A stretch of 64,000 bases of DNA from the human T2T-CHM13v2.0 reference genome, Homo sapiens: assembly GCF_009914755.1 (NCBI RefSeq), contig NC_060929.1. One strand, written 5' to 3'. The notes under the pieces are model-generated. The model ran no database searches. It had not been told where the DNA came from and saw only the letters and a list, made by a program, of their open reading frames with translations. This document shows positions 12,963 through 23,964 of the stretch, one piece after another; positions within the stretch are counted from its first letter, which is position 1; each line of letters opens with the position of its first letter. The translations under genes were made by a program, and so were the position numbers.

Positions 12963-13667
12963 TAATTAAATTTTAAAAATTAATATGACAATAGCTGTAA
13001 CTTTAGTATTTGAAAGTTCTAAATTTCAGAGTAATTTAAAAATATGAGTTGTTCTTAATAAAATAATATTAGATTACATGAGTGCAAATCTACTGTACAA
13101 CTCCTTCAGTCTATTTCAGTAGCTACAAACTAATTCAAAACTTATTAACTGTGTGTGTAATTACTACGTGACCAACATTTATGGAGATTCTACATGGTTA
13201 CAGAAAAAGACAGACTCTTTTTCCCAAAGCTTTAACAAGTAGATCAGTTAGACAAATTGTACAGAGAAACCATTTGAAAAGAATACAGAGAAGCACACAA
13301 AAAGGGCTACCCTGTATAATTCAAATAGATGAACATCAGCATTTTGAAAGGATAAAAAAGACATTTTCTTAAAAATTTTATTTATCCAAATCTTTTGCAT
13401 TCATTCACACTTTGTTTCTCTTCTGTTCTACTCCAAGTCAGTGATTCTCAGAGTGTGGTCTACGGACTCCTGGTCATCTTGACACCCTTCCAGGAAGTCT
13501 ACAGGTAAAAATCATTTTTTTATTCATACAATTATATTATTTGTTTTTCTTGTCATATTGTTATTTGTACTAACAGTGCAAACACAATGGTAGGTAAAAT
13601 TGATGGCTTTTTAGAAGTGGAAACAAAGTACACTGATTTTTAGTCATTTTATTCTTCACTGCCATGC

Positions 13668-13997
13668 ACTCTCAGGAAAAATAAATAGCAGTTGCACTTA
13701 AGAATGTCCTTTATGACCAAACAAGCCTGGGCAACATAGTAAGTTACCAGCTCTATAAAAAATGTTAAAAAAAAAAAATTGGCTAGGCCTCGTGTCACAC
13801 ACCTGACACCCAGCTACTTAGGAGGCTGAGTACTCTCAGGAAAAATAAATAGCAGTTACACTTAAGAATGTCCTTCATGACCAGACAAGCCTGGGCAACA
13901 TAGTGAGACTCCATCTCTACAAAAAAAAAAAAAAAAAAAAAAAATTAAAAAAAATGGCTAGGCCTGGTGGCACATACCAGCTACTTAGGAGGCTGAG
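13668..13997 (+). repeat. Tandem duplication (~164-bp unit) spanning the Charlie1a/Alu junction
   Basis: ACTCTCAGGAAAAATAAATAGCAG...CAGCTACTTAGGAGGCTGAG occurs at 13668-13830 and again at 13832-13997. Confidence 0.92.
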
Positions 13998-14100
13998 GCA
14001 GGAGGATCCCTTGAGCTCAGGGGTTCAAGGCTACAGTGAGCCATGATCACACCACTGCACTCCAGACTGGGTGACAGAGTGAGACTCTATCTCAGAAAAA
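13881..14100 (+). mobile_element. 5'-truncated AluJ (partial duplicate at 13717-13830)
   Basis: J-type right arm (GGAGGATCCCTTGAGCTCAGG, GGCTACAGTGAGCCATGATC). TSD AA(G/A)AATGTCCTT(T/C)ATGA at 13864-13880 and 14101-14117, with a third copy at 13700-13716. Confidence 0.92.
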
Positions 14101-15235
14101 AAAAATGTCCTTTATGAAACAAAAAGTTTACTTTTTGTTTAAAATTTAATTAAACCTTAGCAATGAATACATCTTCTGTGTGAGAAAATGGAAAGTACAC
14201 ACAAAACATTTCTTTTGTATACTGAAGTACAATGGTAATCTGGAAGAAAACCATTGTGTGATTAAGTTTTGGGTTGCCTTTTTTTTTTTTTTCATACAAC
14301 AACATGTTTACCTGATAGAATGACTGATTGTTGGACAAATTATTGTTATTCAGACTTCGGTATTTGTCAGACACTTTTTCACAATTCAATGTTGTGAGCC
14401 TGTAACTTAAACAACTGATGATATTTGTTGCCAATGACATTTGAGATTTCGATTGAAAATTAAAATTTTAGAAAAACAATTTTCATCACCATTAGTTTGA
14501 CTGCTTCCAGTTCTTAAAGGCTTTTCTGATGAGATCTGATAGAACAAACAAAATTTCCTAAAATATTACATAATGATATGTCTCAATATTTGAAAGGTGA
14601 AAAATGTAGTGGCTCAGTACTTTCCAAATGACCAGTTAATTATGCTATGAAGTCATTCATGGAACAAAGATCTACTAAAGTGCAAGATGATCAAGGAATT
14701 TTAACGTAAGAGGATATGAAAAGTTTATTGATGTATTTTCAGATTTCATATTAAAACTAAACTTTAATGAACTCTCGCTTGTTAAGTTTTGGTGTAATGT
14801 TAAAGAGGAATACTAAGGGTGATCTGAAAAGATAATTAAAATAATCCTTCCTTTTTCAACTCAGATCTATGTGAAGCCAAGTTGTTTTCATAACCATCAG
14901 CCAAAAGAAAATTGATTGTTTTGGATGCAGAAGCAGATATAAAGATCCAGGCAAACATTGAAAAGATTTACAAAACTGTAAACAATGTTACTCTTTTAAC
15001 TGATTTTTTTTTAATGTGGAAAATATAATTACCTTTCCAGAAATGTAAAATATTCTGTAGTAACTTTGTTATTGATATTTTAATTACAATTATTAATTGT
15101 TAAAATTTGTATTAATTTTTCATACAGAAAATATGAAGGAAAGAAAAAAAAGCAAAAGCTTTTTGCAATCTCAATAATCTTTAACAGTGTAAAGAGGTCC
15201 CTAGACCAAACAGCTTGAGAACTGCAGCTCTAGGT

Positions 15236-15770
15236 CTATATATTCATTATACACTAATTGGATGATTATAGCAACCTTCCCAAGTGGTCTCCCTGACTTC
15301 ATTCTCATTTCAGTCTATCCATGCTGTTATCAGACTGGAATTTCTAATAGGTACAACTGATACTGGTGAGTATAGACTCACCAGTAACCAGCTTTTTAAT
15401 AATGACTCTCCGTCCATTTACGAAAAAGGCCATCTGGGTCTGGTGCCCAACTATCTTCAAAATGCACTGCAACTTCTTTGAATCACCATTTGACAGACTA
15501 GCCGACCAAATTATATCTTTGTATTGTCCTTGTGCCTGTTTATCTTAAATGCCCTTTCTTCTTTCATCCCCTGTCCAACACATCTTACCACAGACATTCA
15601 TCTTTTCCACTTCAGGACTTTTGTGAGTGACATCTTTATGAAGGCTTTCTTGCTGTTCTTGCTGCCTACAGAGAAAACCAAACTGACCACTTTCTCATTG
15701 GAGCTTTCTTTTTCTTCCTATATATGTTTCCATTATGGTATTGCTAACCCTGTACCTACTATACACAAAC
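15236..15770 (+). mobile_element. L2 fragments
   Basis: ggatgattatagcaaccttcccaagtggtctccctgacttc..ccatgctgttatcagact..ccttgtgcctg..aatgccctttc, the L2 sense pattern. Confidence 0.55.
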
Positions 15771-17233
15771 ACACAGATAATTGAGCTCCCCATAATTCTA
15801 AGGGAACAGAATTTTGCCAACAATATTGTCATAAGCAGATTGTGGTTTTTGATTGCTGTGATTCCCCGCCTAGCTGGATACATATAGTTATTTAGATTAT
15901 TGTATTTAAGCCACAATCCCAATCTTTTTCATTACACTCTATAAACTACAGTTCAGCCTTGCCATCTACTTCTCTAATAGACTCTTTGATATTCAGCATA
16001 CTTTTAAAAACAAACACTTTTCAGTCTTCTCTACAACTTTAGTTAAGTTCTGGTGTGCTGAAATATTTGTTTCTGTCCATTTGGTACAACTTTATAGTTG
16101 TTTTTGGAGAGCATATTTCCTGATCATAAATCACTCAGTCATAGCCAAAAGTACAACCCTTTAATACTTATTTTCAAATGATTATTACTGACTTGTTCCT
16201 ATTTTAACATTGAAGAAATAAGTATTTTTAAGACATTGCTAATGAACCAATTAATTAATTGTATCACTATATGTAATTATCAAATGATACTTTTATGTGT
16301 TTAATGCAGACGCTGGTAACACTTGTTTTAGAGTCACACTGAGAGCTTTGCATTGTGAGGAAGGCAGCTGTCATATCTTCTCTAAGTAGCATTGTAAAAG
16401 ATGTCCTATCCTTCTGGATATAAGTAAGATGTTTTATATTATTATTTGAGTGTGTCAGACAAACGGAAAGGAGTTCAGAATAAAAATAAAACTAATAAAG
16501 GAACTGAAAGGGAAGCTTTGAAAGGAATGTTGGCTGATGCATATTAAGAAAAAAGTGGAGGTAATTATGATGTTTTGTTTAATAAGTAGAGGTTTTAGAA
16601 TTAGAATGCCCATTTATCTCATATCATCATGTCAAAAGTACAATTTGACAGGTCAAGAATATCTGGCATTGACCCACTGTTGAAATACTGAAACCTATAT
16701 ATTCTTTACCTGCAGATAAAGGTTAAAAAACCCACCAGGACATAATGCTTTAAAGAGAATAAAAATAGCACTACTGTTAGAAAGTCTACTTAAAATTGGG
16801 GGAGAATTTCAGATCAAGGTTTCCCAATAGGATGACAAATGACTGCCCCAGGCAAACATTGTATAAGATACTGATGGGGAACCTGTAGATTTGATTTAGG
16901 GAAGGGGATGTTCTTATAGATCTTTCTAAATCAAAGCTAAGCTAAGGCACATCTCCTATCTAACAAAGAGCAGCCCCCTCTATGAAGTTTATTGGGTGTT
17001 TTTCTGACCCCATTAATCAAGTTATTGCTATACCTTGATCTTGTTTTCCAGGTTTCTTATAAACCCTAATTATTTATAGAGATGACAGTGGGAACTCTCC
17101 TCACTATTGTATTCTAAACTGAGACCATATGAGAATTCAATGACTTTGTTTTCACTACAGAAACAATAGTGGGTTGGAGGCAGAGGTTTGAAAATGATCC
17201 TAAATTGTTTCTTTTTTTTTTCCCTTTTCTCAG

Positions 17234-17329
17234 AATTCAACCGATGGAGCCACCCTGGTAGGGAATGGAACAGTTGGAAGGATACAGACCCCACTTATCC
17301 TCAAACATATAAAGAAGCCTTGCCCCAAA
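17234..17329 (+). other. Candidate 96-nt internal exon (plus strand)
   Basis: Long polypyrimidine acceptor tttcttttttttttcccttttctcag|AATTC and donor CCCAAA|gtgagt. Two frames are open: NSTDGATLVGNGTVGRIQTPLILKHIKKPCPK and FNRWSHPGREWNSWKDTDPTYPQTYKEALPQ. Confidence 0.5.
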
Positions 17330-17716
17330 GTGAGTAGTGACTGGTGAGGATCATCAGAGGAAGACATATGAGCTAACTGTAGATAGCATGAGTGAGAACC
17401 AGAGAGAGAGAGGGGAGAAAAGGGGATGAGAAGATATGGGGCCATACAGGAACTATGACTGTAAACACAGCAGTAGATATTTAGTAATAGTAGACATAAT
17501 AGGAATTCATTTTTCAACAAATTTTTCTATATATTTACCTTCTTCGTTCCTTTTCTTTCCTTTTTTTTTTTTTTTTTTTGAGGGGAGAAATCAATGAGAG
17601 AAGTGGAGTGAAAAAACAAACGTAGTTTTCCCAATACTATTTCCTCTTGAGATTGGAGGTTTAGAACAAAAATCATGTCATGGAAATACAAGGAAGAAGA
17701 ATCAAAGTATCCCTCC

Positions 17717-18139
17717 TGTCTAAGAACAATTATTCTGACACTTGTTAAAAACAGTAAGGAAGACTTCCTTCAAGGCTGCTGCAATAAAGAGAGAGATTGA
17801 GCTGGACTCTGAACAGAAGGAAAAGTGGGGTTTTATAGCAAGGGAGTAGAGCTAAGTGGTCAGTAAATCGAAAATTACTACCAGAAGACATAAAGAATAG
17901 GGAGATTCTTGCAAAACTGGCCTAACAGGATTCTTGCTAAAGCAAACAAAGGACTTAGGTATTAAGGGTGTGGGAAGAAATTTATCAGCTCTCAATGGTA
18001 GGTGATTCTTGCTAAGCTTAGTAAAATTCTTGCTAAAACTGTTCTCGGCAAAGATAAAGACAAAAGGCCAATGTTGAGGTGTACTCAAGAACAAGGCTCA
18101 CAGAAGCCTAAGGTTTGGTCAAGGAGAATGTCTTTGTCA
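17717..18139 (-). mobile_element. ERV1 solo LTR, MER31/MER67-like
   Basis: Minus strand starts TGACAAAGACATTCTCCTTGACCAAAC. Internal repeated TTAGCAAGAAT motifs, TG...CA ends, and an exact 4-bp TSD CTCC at 17713-17716 and 18140-18143. Confidence 0.85.
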
Positions 18140-19329
18140 CTCCCATGAGAATCTTATTTTTGGTTGTCCAGCATGCGAACACACTACAACCTGAAAGTTT
18201 AATGAAATTATCAAAACTATGAGAAGACATGTTAAGAAAATTGGCTATGACTCAAATAAGATTTATATTTAGTTTGAGTTAAAATGTGAGCATTAAATAA
18301 AAATTTTATATTACTTACAAATAAACATAGCAATATTATTTGAAATTACTGTTTGAAACAGAATTGAATATACTGTTTGAAACAGAATTGTCCTCTGCCA
18401 CCAACACAACCTGTTGATAAGTGTCTATAATTACCTCTCAAGACTTACTTTATTAGTGATATTGTATGACAATTAAGATCTTAAAACAGGCATAAAACTG
18501 ACTATGATCAGTGTTACCATTGGAAAAATAATATATGTTAAGATGTGCCATAAACCATTAAGCCCTTTCTGTTGACAATGAAATTTCAAAGTTAAAAACT
18601 GATCTATCAAAGATTTCTGCCCTGACACTGTGCATTTAGAAAATAAGGACTTAGGGTGAGAAGCTGCTGACTTTTCTACTCACATCATCATCCTACATAA
18701 TCCATGCCATATCAATAGGGATATCGTCATCCTGCTGATATTTCTTACAACTTTGACCATTGTCAAGGCTAAAAATGTTTTTTTTTTCTTTTAACATTTC
18801 TGAAATTGTCTGTTGTTAGTGGAGTATAATATAACAGGACCCCATAGCAGGGTCCCAGACAAGGCCAATGACATTCAAGACTTTCTGAGTAGTTTTTTTT
18901 GTCATTTATTTTGGTTTACTGCTGCTTTTTTGTTGTTGTTGTTGTTGTGAGATAGATCTTTGCTTTTCCTGCTGCCAAGGCAGATGACAGAATATTGCTG
19001 GAGTTGATAACATTACAGTCTGTCCAAAACTGCCATTGAATACTCCTCACAACACCTTTATCCTCAGACTCTTATCAGCTACGGCAGAATGAATCCAAAA
19101 TGTGAATTTAAATTCAGCAGTTGAAGACTGCTAAACTATTACAGTATATTTTACATTTTTCAAAGAGGAGAATGCTTTGTGAGTCATTTGTTTCATAGCA
19201 GTTATAAGTTGCTAGCATTCAAACTAGCTTAGTTCATGCTAGATGAAGTCTTTGCATGCAACAGGAAAATTACTTTTCAAATAATTTTTAAAAGATTAAG
19301 CCAAAGTTCTAAACATGAATAAGGCACTT

Positions 19330-19490
19330 GAAAAAGAAAGAATAAAGAGAAAGAAAAAGAAATAAAAAAGAAGAAGAAAGAGAAGAAGAAGGGGGATAAG
19401 GAACAAAGAATGAGGAGGAAGAGGAAGATGAGGAACAAGTGGGAGGAAAAGGAGAAGGAGGAAAAAAAAGAGAGAACAGAGGGATAGAAG
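19330..19490. repeat. GA-rich polypurine low-complexity tract
   Basis: Direct read (gaaaaagaaagaa...gaggaggaagaggaag). Confidence 0.85.
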
Positions 19491-20615
19491 AATCCAGGTT
19501 TTCTCACACACAAAAAAATGCACTTTATCACTTGGATATGTACATTAATGGATCCTGTGCCAGAATGTATTTGTTCATGATTATCCTTTGTTGTATATAT
19601 TTGGAAAGATAAATTCATCAGTGTTGTTAGTCTTACCTCTTTCGCATCCTATTTAGTGTTCTCTCCCTTGCAACTTATCCCTCCCTCCCTCCTTCCCAAC
19701 TCCCCACCTCTTTCTCTCCCTCTCATTACTAATTTCATTAAATAAGCTGGCTTATGAAAAGAGTTGTCAGTGTGTAATCTTTACTTTAATCGCCAAATTT
19801 ATCCTAATTCTGAATTTATTTATATCCATGAGTCTTTTCTTTCACAATGATGATCATCATATTCAAAATAAGGGTAGAAATTCCATTAGTATTTAAAGCA
19901 CGTTTCATAATTTCTTAGTAAATTTGTGAGTGATGACTATTTTGGCATTTCTATTATCAACCTATTCATTACAGAAACCGTAAATGAACACATTCGATAC
20001 ACATAATAAAAGTGGTTAATACTGCTCCTGGTTTGAAAAACTTTTTATAAAATGTGAGATTTTATTTTATAGATTGTTTATGGAAAATGGAAGCCAAAGT
20101 GAGAAGACAGGTCAGCGGAAAAGGGAAAATTCATATTAATTCAAATAATTGTTTCTGATGGGTAACCTGGAAATGTTAGATTCCAAGTTGTTTATCCACA
20201 TCATTATCATTGAGTATTTTAAATTATTTTCTATGTTTCTGGTAATAGCTAGCAAACATTACATAGAGACATTTTAGTTGACTCCTGGCTTTTGACATTT
20301 TACCCTTATATGTTCTAGAAATAGCAACTGATGCTCTTAGTAAAAATTGTTGTCAGGTCATTATGTTATTCTGTGATGCATGGTAGAAATGACTTGAAAA
20401 AATGTAATTCATTGTTTTATGAAATTAATGCTTTCCAGAGAATGTAAGGCATTAAAGATAGCTTAGTTCATGCTAAATGAAGAACTTATTAAATCATTTA
20501 CTTTACATATTAGAGCAAAACTAAATGTAAATTTATTTTGTCTTTACTTTGATACACATAGTTGCTGAGTAATTTGCCTTTTTAAAGTTTCAAACTTTCT
20601 GCAGTTTCTGACAGA

Positions 20616-20705
20616 TGTAGTGGATACCACGCTACCCATAACACCTCTTCCCTTAGGATGGAGGCCTTCCTTCAGCTGCTACACAAATGGCTGATGATAA
20701 TGGCC
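20616..20705 (+). mobile_element. LTR16-like 5' fragment (ERVL)
   Basis: TGTAGTGGATACC..cccttaggatggaggc..cagctgct..tggctgatga resembles the LTR16 start. Confidence 0.4.
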
Positions 20706-20803
20706 ATAAAACATTTGGTGACTAGAGTTTGTGACACAGAGTAAATTTGACAGATGTTACGCTGTCTTTCTGTACTGTTTATTTCAATGGACTCTTCCAA
20801 TAA

Positions 20804-21004
20804 CTTTCTGTGACTGGCTTATTTCACTTAGCATACTGTCCTCAAGGTTCATCCATGTTGCTGCATATTGCAGAATTTCCTTCTTTTTTAAGGCTAAATA
20901 GTATTCCCTTGTTAAGTATATAGAGAATTTTCTTTATCCATTGATCTGTCTCTTAAGCTGACATTCATGTTTTTTCCCACATCTTAGCTATTGTAACCAC
21001 TGCT
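20804..21004 (-). mobile_element. L1MA internal fragment, apparent local copy of 22771-23055
   Basis: Aligns colinearly with 22771-23055 but lacks the 89-bp insertion. No poly(A) or TSD. Confidence 0.88.
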
Positions 21005-22499
21005 TCAAACAATGTTTTGATTTTCATCTATTTCTTTTCTTTCTCCTTTCAACAATTCAATTCGACAAACATTTGATGATAGCCAACTGGAGTATCGACT
21101 AGAGAAATACAAAGACCATAGAGCCTAATTTTCTTTGAAGGACAATGATGTTTTGTGGAAAATGGAAATTGAGCTATGACTTCTAAAGATAGATTCTGGA
21201 GGAACTTCCAAGTGTGTTAGCCTGAGAGAGGACGTTCCAGAAAAAGAAAGCAGAGACAATATATTGAAAAAGTTCTGAAAATTTCCCATTATTAAAAATT
21301 AGAATTACCACAGACTTTTGTAGCTGGAAAGTATCTTGGAATTCACTGATTCCATTGGTCTATCAGTCCTGTGACTAAAATCCCTGCATTTGGCAGAAAT
21401 GACTCCAGATCAGGGAAACAAGAGTGGTAGATTATGTTTCATAAAAATATATTATGTTAAAAATAAAATGTTAAAACAGTAGTCTTTTCTATTTATTTTG
21501 CATATAAGAAAGCAGCACAATGGCAATTTAATGTAAACAGAGATCCTAAGCAGAACAGGAGGACTTCATGCTATAAATGTCACTGTTAGGCCACATTTAT
21601 TGATGCAATAGAAGTCTAGAGGAAAAGGCCTGTTTTCCAATAATTTTCAAGAAAGAGAAAATAAATGTCCTTTCAAAGTCATGTGCTACTATGAGAAAGA
21701 CAAGGAAAGTCTAATTTTCCAAAGCCATTTTATATAAAGGATAAATATATACAGCCCAAAACACTACAATTTACCAATATCAAGAAAAAAATAAAGATCT
21801 ACTGACCAAATAAAAATATTCATTATACTGAGGAAACATATTTCTGAATGTTATTATAGGAACAGATTTCTTATCTACCTTCAAAAATATATTCATTATT
21901 CATCTTTTGAAAGACAATAAAGGCAGGCATACTTTATAATGAAGGTTAGCAATGAAAGAAAACTTCAAAGCTGAAGATTGGAAACTGAAAGAATTCTCAT
22001 AAGTTCAAAAAATAATTAAGTTGACCTAAATATATGATTCAGGAAAATTTATTTTGAAAGCATAGGGAGTTTCTTTTTTTTCTACTTGTGCTGGCTCTAG
22101 ATTAAGCATCACAAAAGACTCAAATGGTTAAATCAATCAAATAAAATATATGATTTTATTTCCTTACTGATTTGGCTAGTGAGTTTTGACTGAATTGATT
22201 TTCATCAGATCAAAAACATGCAGTCTTTGCTGCCCAGGGTTCTCCCCCGCCTTCTAGAGCCTGGCTTATTCTGCAGCTATGAGAATAATAGTCAGAAGCA
22301 AAGAAAAGGATAAATTCATGCTTTCTTTCAAATTTTGCAGAAAATATAAAATGTTGGCTTTTGAAAGGTAAATATTCTATTATATAGATAGCTCTTTGAA
22401 AAGTTGGCTTTTTTCAGGTTTAAAAATATTCAGTTATTTTTTAAAAATAAATAACAGTAGATATATTTTGAAATTTTAAAAAATATTTAGAGACCCCTC

Positions 22500-23964
22500 T
22501 TTTAAAAAATTGTGGTAAGAATTCTTAACATTAATTCTACCCACTTAATAAATTTCTAAGTGTAGTATACCATATTATTAACTACAGGTAAAATGTTGTA
22601 CCGCAGAACTCTAGAACTTACTTATCTTGTTTAACTGAACTTCATGCTTATGGATTAGTAACTCTCCATTTCTTCCACTTCCACCCGCTTGCGAACGCCA
22701 TCCCACTATTTGCTTCTATGAATCTGACTATTTTAGATACCTCAAATAAGTGGAATCATGTATTATTCGTCTTTCTGTGACTGGCTTATTTCACTTAGTA
22801 TACTGTCCTCAAGGTTCATCCATTTTATTGCATATTGCAATATGCATATTCCATGCAATATGCATGGATTCTACTGAATCCATGCTGCAACAGTGGTTTG
22901 TTATGCAATATGCATATTGCATATTGCAGAATTTCCTTCCTTTTTAAGGCTAAGTAGTATTCCCTTGTAGGTATATAATGCATTTTCTTTATCCGTAGAT
23001 CTCTGAAATGGACATTCAGTTTTTTTCCCACATTTTAGCTATTGTAACTAGTGCTGCAATAAACATGAGAGTGTTAATATCTCTTCGAGATCCTGATTTC
23101 AGTTCCTTTGAATAAATACCCAGAAGTGAAATTGCTGAATCATATAGTAGTTCTACTTGTAATTTTTTTAGGAATCTATAAACTATTTTTCATAGTAGCT
23201 GTACCATTTTGTATTCCTACCAACAGTGTGCAAGCATTCCAATTTCTCTGTATTCTTGCCAATACTTGTCTTTTTTTTGCTTTTAAAAATTATATCCATT
23301 ATAATATGTGAGAGATAATATCTCTGTGAGACTGTGATTTTGATTTGCATTTCTCTAACAATTGGTAACACTGAACATTTTTTCATGTACCTGTTGGTCA
23401 CTTGTATGTCTTCTTTGGAGAAATGTATACTCAAGTCCTAGTCTATTTGTTAGTTCAGTTATTAGTTTTTTATTTTTTTTTGCAACTGAGTTGTAGAGGT
23501 TCCTTATATATTTTGTACATTAGCATTTTATTAGACATAAGAATTGCAAATATGTTCTCTCATTCCATTGGATGCCTTTGACTGTGTTGATTTTTTTTCT
23601 TTGCTTTGGAAAGCTTTTCAGTTTGACATAGTCCTAATTATTTTGTTGTTGTTTTCGTTGCCTGTGCTTTTGGTGTCATATCCATGAAATCACTGAAAAA
23701 TCAATGTCATGAAGCTTTTTCCCTATATGTTCTTCAAAGAGTTTTACAGTTTCTGGTCTTACATTTAAGTCTTTCATCCATTTTGAATTGATTTTAACGG
23801 ATGGGGTAAGTTAAGGGTCAGATTTCGCTCTTTTACATGTGGATATCCAATTTGCCAATACCATTTGTTGAAGAGATCATCCTTTTCCTGTTGTGTATTC
23901 CTAGCACCCTTGTTGAAAATCAGTTTGCCACATTTACATGAAATTATTTCTGTGCTCTCTATTC
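22500..23964 (-). mobile_element. L1MA (L1MA9-like) 3' UTR and ORF2 end
   Basis: Reverse L1MA tail (ttgtggtaaga..ttaaca..tctacc..aatttctaagtgta). Minus-strand ORF 23183-23434 carries the ORF2 C-terminal motif HFSKEDIQVTNRYMKKCS. Confidence 0.9.

Larger units (their letters stand above)
13439..15227 (+). mobile_element. Charlie1a (hAT) element, interrupted by Alu
   Basis: TIRs CAGTGATTCTCAGAGT and GCTTGAGAACTGCAG. Degenerate 8-bp TSD CTCCAAGT/CTCTAGGT. Charlie1 internal motifs present. Confidence 0.88.

Noticed and set aside
19277-19618. F/S/L-rich ORFs on the minus strand
   Set aside because: These are translations of the polypurine low-complexity tract.
22829-22928. CRISPR-like repeat/spacer or miRNA hairpin reading of the palindromic insert
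   Set aside because: There is no regular repeat-spacer periodicity, no cas genes, and the context is eukaryotic. The stems are short and overlapping, and fold-back synthesis explains them better.
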